Source: Mobula hypostoma (Eukaryota). From it: a DNA stretch of 60,000 bases. The notes beneath the pieces were generated by a model. That model made no database searches and was not told the DNA's origin. It saw nothing but the letters and a program-made list of their open reading frames with translations. A program made the position numbers and the translations under genes. Location of the stretch: assembly GCF_963921235.1 (NCBI RefSeq), contig NC_086097.1, positions 143,346,001 through 143,406,000 on the forward strand. Reading direction: 5' to 3'. Positions 36,599 to 48,969 of the stretch are shown in pieces (position 1 is the stretch's first letter; the number at the start of each line of letters is the position of its first letter).

Positions 36599-39500
36599 AT
36601 ATTTCTCCTGATGTTTCCTGTGGCTCCTCCCATGGCATCATTACCCCGAAAGAGCTGACTTCGCCCCAGGACTCCCCAACAATGGACTCATCGTACCTGA
36701 TGCAGTTTGCTGACAGCTCAAAGTGGCCCGTGGGAACAGAACAAAGCGAGGTACTGACTGCCAGCCCTGTTTTGGACCACGCCGCTGAAAACCTGCCTGT
36801 TGAGTGCCCTGCTGATGAAGGTGCCCGACCTCAGCCCGAAGGAGCGAGCTGCGATACAGACGCTGATCACTCATATCCTGAGTCGTCCACAGCTGCATCT
36901 TGCATCAAGGGGAGCCCTTCAGAAAGTGAAGGCCAAGGAACCAAGCACAATCTGGATGTGGCTGGAGAAAGGGTGGACATGTTTGGACTAAGCACTGCTG
37001 ACAGTGCCCAGCTTATCGTTGCAGATATTGGCTCAGGGATATCCAAAAAGGAAGCTCGAGACATTAACAGTGGCTTACAGGATGGTTCATTGGCCTCTGC
37101 TGACTCTCTCATTTCCACCATGCGAGCCAGCTTGGAGGCCAGTGCGGGCTTGCCCTCGGGAGTGTCGGAGGTGAGCAGCACTTCAGACACGGACACAATA
37201 TCCAGGGAAGAACCAGATGGAGACACACAATTGATAGATACCAAAGCAGACAGGGGGGCAGAGATGGGCACTTTGGAGGTGGAGGGAGATCATGATCTGC
37301 CCAGCATACAAACAGACACATCAGTTCAGTTGTCTTTCATTGGGAAAGACACAGCATGTGCAGAAATGGACCAAGATGTACTGAAAGCAGGTGATAATGG
37401 AAAAGATTTTGCTGATGATACACTCTGTCTTGTCAATTACCCTCTCAATAGCTTGAGTGGTAGTGCTGAGTGTTCACCAGCACCAGAACATCAGGAGCTT
37501 TCAGACACTGGAGGTGAACACCCTGTGTCTATAGATCCACTCCACGTACTGACTGTGCAATCAAGGGCTGAAAACGTAAAGACTGAACCTTCACAAACTC
37601 AGGACCAAGTTACAACCATAGGACTCACTGATATGCCTTTGTGTTATTTGGAACCCACCAAAGAATTGCCTGTGTATTCCAGTGCTGTGGACCATATGTG
37701 TGCCACAGATCCAGATCTTTTCTTCACTGCACCATCCACTCCAGTAAAGTTAGCAAGTGGCGCCCAGAAATTCTTTTCCTATCTGACAACTGGCTTACAC
37801 GAGGAGTCTGTTGAAGCTCTGGAGAGTGAAGGAAGTGAGAGCATCTGTTCTCCACCAACCTCTCCCTCAGGATCATACAGAACTGCAGAAGGAGGTAGCT
37901 GGACATCATCAGGGACCCCAAACACACCGTTGTCTTGCTCCCCAAATTTACTAACGGAAGCTGAAACAATGGAAGTATCTGCTTGCTATGTCGAATCATT
38001 GTCTGCTTTTGCAGAGGAACTCAATGAAGAGCAGCTTGATGAAGTGCTGCCTCTTGCTAATGCTCCTTATAATATCATTGATGAGGAAATTTGGACCTCC
38101 ACAGAGGAGTCAACTGAAAGGTGCCTTACTGAAACACAAGATGACCTTGCTCCTTTAGCATTTGACAATGAAAATCTTGAAACTAGTGAAGATGATGTTG
38201 ATGATGATGATTATTATGGTGTTGATGTAGATGGTGAGGATGATTATGGTGTTGATGAAGATGGTGAAGATGAAGATGGTGAAGGTGAAAATGGTGAAGG
38301 TGAAGATGGTGAAGATGAAGATGGTGAAGTTGAAGATGGTGAAGATGATACTGATGATGAAGGTGATGACAATGGACAAGAAACTGCAACTCTTAGAGAT
38401 CAGGACATTTCCAGTAAAGGTCCTAGATTAATTAAGGCTAATAATATGAATCAACAATCAGATATGACAAACTGTGATGTTGGCACAGAGTTAACGGACT
38501 CACCAACACAGAATATTACAATTGAGGAAAAGAATTGTACAATCACTTCTGATGATTTCCATCCAATATCCATTCCTCAGGAGGAAGAAGACAAATCAGA
38601 ATCAAAATGCAAGGAGGAGGAGTTCAGTGATGATGAATCTAATTGTGAAAATATTGCAACAGTACCTGGTAATGAAGAAAACCCAATAGGAACGTGTGTA
38701 TCCAAAATAAACGCTAATGCTCATGAAGCTTCTTGGCAGCTTGAGTCTAATCCTGTTCATGTTCAAACTGAGGAAGAAAGCACAAAACTGGTGGGATTAC
38801 CTAGCAACTTTCCTTGTCAGAAATTAAAAGACAGTGATTTGTTTTCTGCGTTGGAATGTACATCAGTGGAAGAGATGGATGTAAATAATGGGTCACCTAA
38901 CATGGATGATAGCACAACTTACTCAGCACATAACTATTTGCTCACCTCTAAGACAGAAAAGGACCAATATGTTTGTAGGAAACAAAACAATGATTGCACT
39001 ACTAATGCTCCTCTTGCTTCCTCTGAGGAACTTGCTGAAGATTGCAATGACTCATTAAAAGAAGAAAGAGGCATAGAAACAGAGAAAGAACCTAATATGC
39101 AATTTGAAACTGTAAGCTCTAGTCAACTCAATTTAGCATTGGATGATCCAGTCAAGGAAATTTCTAAAACTTTTATTAGTTCTGTATATGACAGTTATCT
39201 TGAAGTAGAAGACGAAATTGAAAGTCCTATTCCATTACCTTCAGCACATTGTATTCCAGGGGAACAATCATCCATTCAATTTAAAATGTCAGACATAGAA
39301 ATTGGTCCTGAAGGCGAGACTGGTGTGATGCCCCAATCTCCATACGAAGCTGTTGGTAATGAGAGGATGGTGCCTTTGTCATTGCTATCTTTTCAAGGCA
39401 GTATTATTTTTGAGGCAGAGTCTATTGAAATTACATCACTGTCTGCAGTGGCTCCAACAGAACAGGCCATTTTACAGGATCATGGTGATGTTATTCCCTG

Positions 39501-42500
39501 TAATGAACCAAGTGACTGTGGTGATGTCAATAAAGGTGAACATGCTGTTGATGTAAACTGTGATGTTGGAGATGAAGATGAAGACAGTTCAGTGTCCTTC
39601 CTTTACTCACTTTCTGAAAACTCTATCACTGCAGGAGTTGATGAATCATTCGCATTTCAAGACACCACGTCAGAATCATCGGCTTCTGCATCACTTGAAG
39701 GAGAGGATGAGAGAATCACTGCAGAGCACTATGACCTACCATCAGGAGCCAATGAAGAACACACTGAAAGACCAGAAGGTGAATCTGTTGATTCAGACAA
39801 TGATAGTGAGGTAGAGATGTCTTCAGCAACATCAACGTCAGACTCTGAAGCATGTGGGCCTTACTGCACTACAAGTATGAAATTGCGTGACATGGCATCA
39901 GTGCTGCAGACTGTGAATTTTGGCAAAGATGAAGAACAACCAAGTTCTGTAACAGAAGTGCAAAACAATTGCAGAAAGGAACCTGAAGGCATAGACTCCA
40001 CTAGCAAGGATGAGGTCCAATCTCCATTACCTGTACACAATTTACACACAGATACACTGTCAGAAGGCAGGCCATTGCCTTTTCTCAGTGCGCCAGGTGA
40101 GTCGCAGCAAATGCCATTGGCTGAGTCTATTAAAGAAAGCCCAGAGAATCTTTCAGAGATGGTGGTGAAGACTGACGAAAATGAGATGTGTTCAACTGAA
40201 TTACACAGTGAAGATCTGTTGTTTAGCTCTTCAGCATCTGGTGAAATGACTCGTGAGCTGGAACCTTGTGAAGGCCAACTATCAGAGCTGGAATCTCTGC
40301 CCACCTTTGGACAGACACAATCAGATGGTTGTAGCGGGACACTAACTTTGTCTCAGGATATAAAGGAGCATTCACCCACAGAATCAAATTCAACAAGTCT
40401 CACATCTCATTTGGAAAAGGACTCGAATAAAGATGAACTTGACATTGAATTAGCTTCTAATTTACCTGAAGGTATGAATAAATTTGATGATTACCACAAC
40501 GACATTATCAGCACACTGTCTGGAGATGATGAGAACAAAGGTCCCAATTCTGAGATGTCCTTGAATGTGCCTGTTGACCTGGCTAGTGATGCTGATGTAC
40601 CAAACATCAGCTCCAGTGAATCAAATTCTGAAAACAACAATTCTGTGTTCACCATACAAAAACTCTGTGAAGGTGGTCAATATTTCATTGGGAAGTCCAT
40701 AGATTCCACAAATATCAATAGTATCAGTGAGGATTTAGAGTCAGTCTGTAAGAAAATTGACAATCAGACTACTTTTTTTGAAGAAACTGAAAAATCTTCT
40801 GATGTCAGTCATCTCCAATTAGAATCAACCATTTTAAACACAGCTGAGTCCTCCCCTCCAAGTGAATCACAAATTTTAGATGTCGATGGAGATTATCTCA
40901 GACCAAAGTCATCTTGTTCTATACTAGCTTCCTCAGAGGATGGTGTTGTTGAGGAACGTGATGTCTCTTTTCATGCTGAAGAGTTTCCGGAAATATTACC
41001 GAAAAGCAAACCAGAGATGGGATCTGAAAATGTTATTGCATTGGGCTTCAGAGATGTAACTCTGCCTCCTTGTGAAACCACTAATGAGAGCATGAATGAC
41101 AGACAACTAATTCAGGAAGTATCTCATTCCTTACCAGGCGCATGCCAGTCTGAAATGAGGTCTGGCCTCAATAATCTTTCTGATTTAACAAATACAGGAA
41201 AAATAGCTGGAACGCCCACAAGAAACCTTGGAGAAAATAACCTGGAGGAGCAACATAATGAGACTTTCAACATTGCACCAACAGAAATGATGAACATAGT
41301 TCCTGGGGACACTTCAGCGAATGGGGATTCAGCATACGAGGATCATCAAGATTTTACAAGCAACCCAGTATCTCTACCATTAAAAAAATTATCTTCATCA
41401 GAAACAGAGGATTATGACATGGCCAGTGAACCAGAAATTTCTGAATCTATTACCCCTGCTAATGATACCAAATCTACAGATGAGCTTAATAGTTCTTTGC
41501 CAGATGTGAGCACTCAACAGGATATGACCTCATTAGATTCATTTCAATTGGTCTCCACCAAGGTGGGATCTAGTTACTCAGATGCATTGTCAGATCAATC
41601 AGATCAACAACCTGAAGATCAACAGGTTGAAACTGAAAAGGGAAATGAAGCTTGTACCATTGCAAGCGAAGAACATTTTAATCCTGAACAAAATGTTGAC
41701 ATTGATCAACCTGATTTGCCAGATCCCGAGTTCAGTTCAAACTCTATATTCGGAAATGATCCCATATTGTGTTCTGCCCCCGTGTCACAAGAGTGCTTTG
41801 ACCCTGTGAGGTTCTGGAATGTTCAAACTATAACTGCTGTCAGCCAGTTAAAGGTCGTGAGTTCCAGTTTAGAAGAGGGCACACATCCAGTAAACAACTC
41901 AGACGATTGTGATAATCAGATCAAGCTTCCCTCTACACCTGTTGAAGATATTGATAGGCAAGAAGAACCCTCTAATATTCTGCAAAACAATGGTGCTGAT
42001 AAAGCAGAAGATTTGGATTCTATACACAAAGAGAATGATGATCAAACAGAGCTCATAGAAAGCTTAGCTGACAACACAGATCAAGTGGATAGTGTGGTCT
42101 TGTCATTAGAGAATACTCCCAATACCTTTTTGAATCAGGTGATAGAAGATGACAGTAATCACACAGAGATTTCCAGCAGTAAATCAAAACCTGATTCTGT
42201 TGAGTTACAGACCATAGAGACAACACTCAGAGATGGACATGGGAAACTGGAGGCCCCCAGTGCACTTCTAGAAGATCACATTATGTCAGAGATCCAGACA
42301 TCAGAAGTTGGGGATTTTGTTGGAGAGTTGGAAGTAGCCAGTATCCATTCAGGAGATGGTGCTTGTAAATTAGAGGGTGCAGACAGTGTAATAGATGATA
42401 TTAATCAAGTAAATGGTTCTCACCTCTCACCAGAAGATAATGCCAGTAGATCTATAGGTGTAGATTTGCCAGCTGTTTGTGTGGATGGGCAACTGGAAAC

Positions 42501-45472
42501 TTCCAAAGCTGTATCAGAAGATGTTTCTTTTCAACCAAAGACCATTAATGGAATGGTGAAAGATATTTCAGAAAATGTTGATGCAGGCAATTTGGACATT
42601 TCTGGTGACATTACAGAATGTGCAAATCGTACCTTAGACAAACTCCAAGAGGATCCTGTTGGTCAACTGGAATTATCCAACAGCAGCTCCAGTGAGGATA
42701 CTGACCAATTAGGAAATGTGAAAACGATACTCAATGATGGTGAAAGTGAAGTAGAATTATCTGAAACATTACCAGGTGAGATTACGGCATGTATATCAGA
42801 TGCTGCCAATATGTCAACCGGAGAGTGCACTGAGCAAGTCTTAAGTAGCCACTCAGGAAGTGGCATTGACAAGGTAGAGGTTTCTGGCACAGGAGTAGAT
42901 GAAAACTCTGAAGACAGTTTATCATGCAAGGACCACAAAGAAATAATTGAAGATGTTGATGCAACAGTGAAACTCTGCAACACATTGCCAGTGGTGGAAT
43001 CTGACTGTTTTGAAGGCATGGGTACTCTTCCATTGGAGGAGGAGAGTCAAGAAAAGGTTGGTAATGTCAAAATAGGCAGTGATACTAACCAGATTGAAGA
43101 TGTAGAGACTCTGCAAGTAATAGAAGATAAACAAATAAAAGTCAGTCACATTCAACCGGATGATCGTAAATCAGATTCAACTTGTTCAGTATTATGCCAA
43201 GACGATTTGTTAAATGGTGATTTTGCTAAAAACTCAGATACTCTACAAATAAGCTCCACTAAAATATCAGATATTTCAGGAGACCCTAGTTCCCAGACAG
43301 AGAAGCCCAGTAGTCTGTTAGAAAATGATTGTCTTGAAGTAACAGATGAAGGTCAAACCAAGTTATCTGAAACATTACTGAAGGATGATCCCTTGGACAC
43401 AGGGCCAGAAGATGTTAAAGATCAAACAGAGGTCACCAACGCTCTTTTGGAAGATGCTCCTCATAATTTGGAGATTGTGGGTGCTCTGTCAAGTGAAGAT
43501 AATAATGATGAAGATGACAAATTCACATATATGTCATTAAGTGGAGATCAGAGAATAAATGATTTGGCACAAATCATACCACATAATGAAGCAAAGATCT
43601 CTACCAACACATCTGAAGAAACTGATTTAGTAGGCACATCAATAGGCAATGGTGATTCAAAAGTTGCAGATGATGGGAAACCAGATACATTTGATTCAGC
43701 AACAGCAAACAACACAAGTGCAGAAGAGAACATGACCAAGAGTTCAGAAGATAGTGCTGATGAAATAAGTTCCTTCCCCCACTTGGAAGGACATAATGAA
43801 AGCACGTTAGAAGTTTCAGAGGCAATATCAAAAAATAATGATCAAAAAATAGAACCAGCTGGTACCCAGCTGAGAGATGATGTTTGCCCATTGAATGTAA
43901 TAAACTTAGTATCAGAAAGTGAACACAAAGACACTTCAGATATCCCGCAAATCAGCAAAGATGGTCAACTAAATCTCCTTGACCCCTGTCAGACAGATCT
44001 CTCAGAAATGTCACCAGGGAACAATGTTAGCCAGCTGGAGGATTTAGACTCTGAACAAAAGAACATTAATAATCAACTTGATCTCCCAGACCAAGATCCA
44101 ATAGTGGATGATCACCAACCGGACATCAGTGAACCTGTGTCAAAACCTTCTCATCACAATTTCGAAGTCTCAGTTTCTGCAGAAGGAGCGGGTCTTCCTA
44201 TCTCCAGAGGAGAATCAACTGATGAATGTCTTAAGTGTCCTCAAAGCCCCACCAATAACGTTACAGAGATAACTGATCAAGGAACTCCTCATGATCTCAC
44301 GGATATCACTCATCATGATGTGACTCCAGTAACTCAAGATGTTTCAAAGGGTGGATCAGAAAAAGTAGATGACATTAGTAGCCACACTTTAGCTGCAGAA
44401 CCAAATACAGAAACGGATGTTTATGAGGCAGTGTCATCCTCTAATATACCAGAGTTTGCACCTGAAGCTGAACTTAACCTTTCCACTGATGAATCCAATA
44501 ACTTAATATCAGAAGTTTCCAAGTCAGAGGATGTTGAGATCTGTGACCAGGTAATTCTTCCATCAGAGCCTGTTTGCACGCCTTCTTCCATCTCTCCTGT
44601 CTGTCAACGACTGCAAGATGTCATTCAGGACTGTAGGGCAGATGAGGTTGCTTTAAAAGAAGTGGTGGTGTCAGGAGAGTTGTCAAAGAAGGCGCCCACT
44701 GACCTAAAAGAAAGTAAGGGAGACAAGGGGGTGCCAAGTGATATGTTGGATTCAGGTGAATACCATGAACCTGAAAGATTGAGTTGCACCCAAGGTGTTG
44801 CTGATTTAGAAGTAGACTCACATTCTAGTTCAGATATAAACCAGACTGAATCTAATACTCCCTTTGTCACACAAAATAGTGAACAATTGCATTGCAACAA
44901 AAAAGGCAATCATACATCATTGGAGACTCCACGTCAAGATGAAAAACCTATTTGCTTTGTGGGCAGTGACAGAGAAGAAAAGGATGACACTTATCCCCAC
45001 ATATCACTAGAAGTGACTGGAGAAAACTCTCAGGATAAAAAATTGGATACTTTGCATCATTCCAAAAATTTTTCCTCCATTGGTCATTCACTGGTAGAGG
45101 GACCAGAATTTAATGTATTGCTTAGTGCACCTTGCAAAACTCCAGATAGACCTCTTTCATGTTCTCATGCAACACTGAGTAAAATTCCTTCAGCAAGTTC
45201 AACGTCAGAATTTGGTTTAGCTTCTGCACCCATCCATTCCACTGCAGACCCTCCCTGCCTAGATGAAGCTTCCTCTGGAACCTGCCCCGAACTGGATAAT
45301 GATGGCTTCTCTGCTGCTGTATCTTCCCCATCAAATACACTGACTTCGGGACAACAGGACCAAGAACGCTTTTCAAAACATGCTGCTCCACCTGAAAGAG
45401 CACCAGGGGAAGAAAGAAGCCAGGAAGAGTTTAAGCTGTCTGATGCAATGGACCTGGAGGCGAAACAACCAG
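36599..45472 (+). CDS. NACAD: NACAD giant internal coding exon (8,874 nt; acidic, Ser-rich, predicted disordered)
   Basis: Lies within the 3062-aa ORF. A polypyrimidine tract plus ctgcag acceptor ends at 36598; the donor is CCAG|gtaaag at 45473; phase 1 at both ends. It contains blocks I recognise from mammalian NACAD: GARPQPEGAS, DPDLFFTAPSTP, SPSGSYRTAEGGSW, MVPLSLLSFQGSIIFEAESIEIT and SFLYSLSENSITAGVDESFAFQD. Confidence 0.9.
38190..38370 (+). repeat. Coding low-complexity repeat (GAT/GGT/GAA) giving a D/E/G acidic tract
   Basis: gaagatggt-type units translate to EDDVDDDDYYGVDVDGEDDYGVDEDGEDEDGEGENGEGEDGEDEDGE. Confidence 0.9.
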
Positions 45473-45604
45473 GTAAAGTTTCTGTTGCATTAAAATGCTG
45501 AGAATGAAGCTAATCCTTTTGGATTGCAACCTGAAAGGAATTTCTCTCCTTCTCAACATTTTGGTTCTCTCACTTATCTCAATTATGCTAGCTTGATTTG
45601 CATA

Positions 45605-45675
45605 TAGTACTGTGCAAAAGTCTTAGGTATATATATATAGAGAGCCAGGGTGCCTAAGTCTTTTGCTCAGTACTG
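45605..45675. mobile_element. Tiny Tc1/mariner-type MITE (palindromic)
   Basis: TA|tagtactgtgcaaaagtcttagg ... cctaagtcttttgctcagtactg|TA; a half copy is at about 11295-11318. Confidence 0.75.
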
Positions 45676-46064
45676 TAGTCATTTTATGCATTGCTGCTCT
45701 AAGCAAAAGCAAATGTCATGATATATGTGATGATGATAAAGCTGATTCTGATATAGATCTCTGTTGTGGATGGAGAGTGGGAAGGGGGTTGGAAGTGGGA
45801 AATCATGATTGGGAAAAGGGAAGCACCAGAGAGGCATTCTGTAATGATCAATAAACCAACAGTTTGGAATCAAATTACCATGCTTGGTGTCTCAGGGCTG
45901 AGTGCACCATCCCTGACCCCTGGCATTCCTTCTCTGCCACCTGTCCCACACTCCTCCCACAGGGCTCCACCCTCACCATTCCTAATATCCTTTGCATCTG
46001 CCAGAATTACAAACTTGCTATCCGCTTTACACTTTTGCAAAGTTATGTGACTCATCCCTTCGTT

Positions 46065-46380
46065 GGTGGCACGGCAGCATAAAGGTTAGCGCAACACTTT
46101 ACGGTGCTGGCAGTCAGGGTTCAATTCTTGTCACTGTCTGCAAGGACTGTGTATGTACTCCCTGTGACTGCACGGGTTTCCCCTGGCTGCTCCCGTTACC
46201 TTCCTCATTCCAAAAGTGTACAGTTAGGGTTAACGAGTTGTGTATGTTGGTGCCAGAAGCATGACGATACCTGCGGGCCGCCCCCAGCACAGTCTTTGGA
46301 CCGCGTTGGTCGTTGCCTCAAACAACGCATTTCACTGTGCACTTCGAAGTCTCGATGTACATTTTAAAAAAAGCTAATCT
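46065..46380 (+). mobile_element. tRNA-derived V-core (HE1-like) SINE
   Basis: A-box-like ggtggcacggcagcata, B-box-like gggttcaattc, and core gggtttcccctggctgctcccgttaccttcctcattccaaa. Confidence 0.7.
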
Positions 46381-47933
46381 TTAAAAATCTCTTTTTCCTT
46401 ACATCAAAAGATTGTGGTCCAGTGCTTCTTCATGCAGATAGCTCACAATCTCGTTGGCACTTCAGAGAGAGAACTGCGTTATTGGAGTTTTTCTCCATCA
46501 AAAAGATCATTGAGATCCCAGTTACTTAAGTCAGAATACCATTTTATTTTCTATGATACTTTTTGATGAACAACTGGACTTTTTAGCTAGTGCTCCATCA
46601 GCCAAAAATGCTGTGTTAAATTAGAATACCCGTGAGCACATGTCAGATAATTCAAGTCGGAAGAATGTGATACGATGCCATATAACTATTAGACCTTTCC
46701 ATAGTATTTCACTATTTTTGTTACTTGTTATATAAAATGCATGCTTATTTTAGAATCAGACTTGTAACTATTCATGCTCTCTTGCTGTAACTAAGATAAA
46801 CCACCTTTTGAATTTGTCAATAATAGGAACAAAAGTATACTACCCATTCCCTCAAGCTTGTTTTACCTCTCAGTTACATCATGGCTGATCTGTACTTTAC
46901 CTTTAAGCCATAGTCCTTGAACCCTTTATGCAAATTATTTTATTTTCCTAATTTTCAATCAACATTTAGATCACCGACTGTTTTGGAGGAAATTTCTAGC
47001 ATGAGAAAATGTCACTGAAAGCCCGCCATGATTCAATACATTGAGTCCTCACAGAAGTGAGTGTTTGGTCCAAAGAATGAATGCTGCAATTTTTTAAACT
47101 TCTCAAAACTTTGGCAGGGAACACGGAATGAGTGCTTCAGATATTTTAAACTTTTCCCTCAAGAAAATTCCCAGTAATTTTATACCCAGTAATGAAAAGC
47201 ACTCTAGGAGCAGCCAACATGTGAAGAAATGTTCCACTGAGGTATTGGAAGTCACCTCCAAAAAGAGAAGCAGCGCATGCCTCTCATGAACTGAGAGGTT
47301 AGCCTCAGGCACTTGCGTGCTCAAGCACATCAGCTAAGATGGAGGTTCAGTGAGGTACTGAGGTGATGGTTGGAGACCTCCTCTTTGAGATAATTCATCA
47401 AAGTAAAGTTCCGTCTGTCTTTTCACTTGAACCTAAAGCATAAGTTGTAGAGAAGCACCAAAGATTTTGTAATAGCCTGCTTAATAGTTACCTTAGTAAA
47501 AACCTAAAAGAGATTGCTCTGTTTTGCTTAGTTTGTGGAAATTTGCTTTATGCTCATTGCTGCAGTGCCCCCATGTTACAACAGAGCTTTCACTTCATTG
47601 GTTGTAAAGCACTCTGAGATGTCCATGCTGCGTCTCCAGGGTGTCAAAACAGTGACATGTTTGCATACCTGAGTTTAAACCCTAAACTTGGCCACTTTTC
47701 AAAGTCAGACGTTGGTGCCCATTCCTTCAGGCTTTATCTCCTGTTGTTTTCACCCTTGGTAGTATCCCATTTAGTGGCATACATTACAATTTCAATTAGT
47801 CAGAAGTAATAACACAGAACAGCAAAGCAGAGGAGGAGGTCTGTCAGCCCACAATGTCTGCTCCGAACACAGAAATAGAACTACAATGTAAACAAGTGGT
47901 GCAGCAATAACTTAAAAAGATGTGTTTTTGTAG

Positions 47934-48218
47934 TCCCACAGATTCCTGAGAAATTGGAGCAGTGTCCTGGGGTTGATCACCTGGACTCCACCCAAGCAGA
48001 AATCAAGTCCTTGGACACAAAACCCATCCGCCGCACCCGTCAAGCTTTCAGTCCATCAGATTCCAGTTCCTCCAGTGAGAATGAACTGCCGTTCCCGATC
48101 CCACTCGAAGATGTTAGGAAAAGAATCCCTCCCCAAGAGGACCCTGTTAAATCAGAAGCCACGGATGCACAGATTCCATTGAAGCAAAGGGCTTTTGAGA
48201 CCACTGCTGTCAACAGAG
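47934..48218 (+). CDS. NACAD: NACAD internal exon (285 nt; VPQIPEKLEQ...SDSSSSSENEL...TAVNR)
   Basis: Acceptor tgtgtttttgtag| and donor AGAG|gtaaaa. Open frame, phase 1/1, joining the giant exon to the next exon without a frameshift. Confidence 0.75.
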
Positions 48219-48269
48219 GTAAAACAGAGGAGCTTTAGGGAAGGAAACCTCCAATCCTCACACAGTCTC

Positions 48270-48575
48270 TTATTGGGAGCCACAGCTAGTAGCTCTGCTG
48301 TCTCACAGTTCCTGACCCCTGGTGCTCTCTGTATACAGTCTTCTTTTTCCCCTGTGAGTTTCCCCCAGATACTCTGGTTTCCTCTCAAAACCAAGATGGT
48401 AAGTTAATTGACCATCTTAAATTTCTCCTAGGATGCTGGTGGGTGTTATAATCAGATAGGAGTTGATGAGACTGGAATGGTAATAAAATAGAGGTAGTAA
48501 AATAATGGTATTATGTTAAATAGGTTTTTGAAGGCTGATATGGACAGAGTGAACGGGTCTCTTTCCATACTCTAT
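48270..48575 (+). mobile_element. Degenerate V-core SINE
   Basis: tcctgacccctggtgctctctgt...gtttcccccagatactctggtttcctctca. Confidence 0.5.
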
Positions 48576-48969
48576 CACTTTCAAAGTGACTCCAGTTCCA
48601 CATCACTGTGATTCATAAGTGCCCTGTACCAGCAAGCTCACGCTGTATCATCATCTTGGAATAAATTTTGACCTTGTTGATAAAGGCCGTATTCCAATAT
48701 TGCGCATGAGGAGGTTACCTTCTGAAGTTTATAGGATGACTGTAGCTCAGGCTTTCTGATTGGGAAGAACCTCTGCACCAGAGCCAACCTTAACCCAGCT
48801 CAGTGCACTCTATCACTTAGAGAGTGATTTATATGCAAGTTGCATGAGACATGTATCAAACCAATGGACAGTGATTTTATTTGTACAGCCCTATTGGCTT
48901 ACTGAAACAAAGGACATTTTAAAACATTTTGCCCCCATTGTTTAAAATAGAACATATTCAGTTTGCTTC

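Noticed and set aside
38155..38431. Poly-His, Ile/Phe-rich and Met/Lys/Val ORFs
   Set aside because: These are alternative-frame and antisense shadows of the acidic coding repeat.
36599..45472. Assignment as the NACA skNAC exon
   Set aside because: The skNAC exon is Pro/Ser/Thr-rich; this exon is acidic and carries NACAD-type motifs.
46065..46140. tRNA gene
   Set aside because: The A/B-box-like head continues into a SINE core and I could not build a cloverleaf.
47942..48218. Alternative acceptor cccacag at 47941
   Set aside because: Splicing there from a phase-1 donor hits an immediate TGA.
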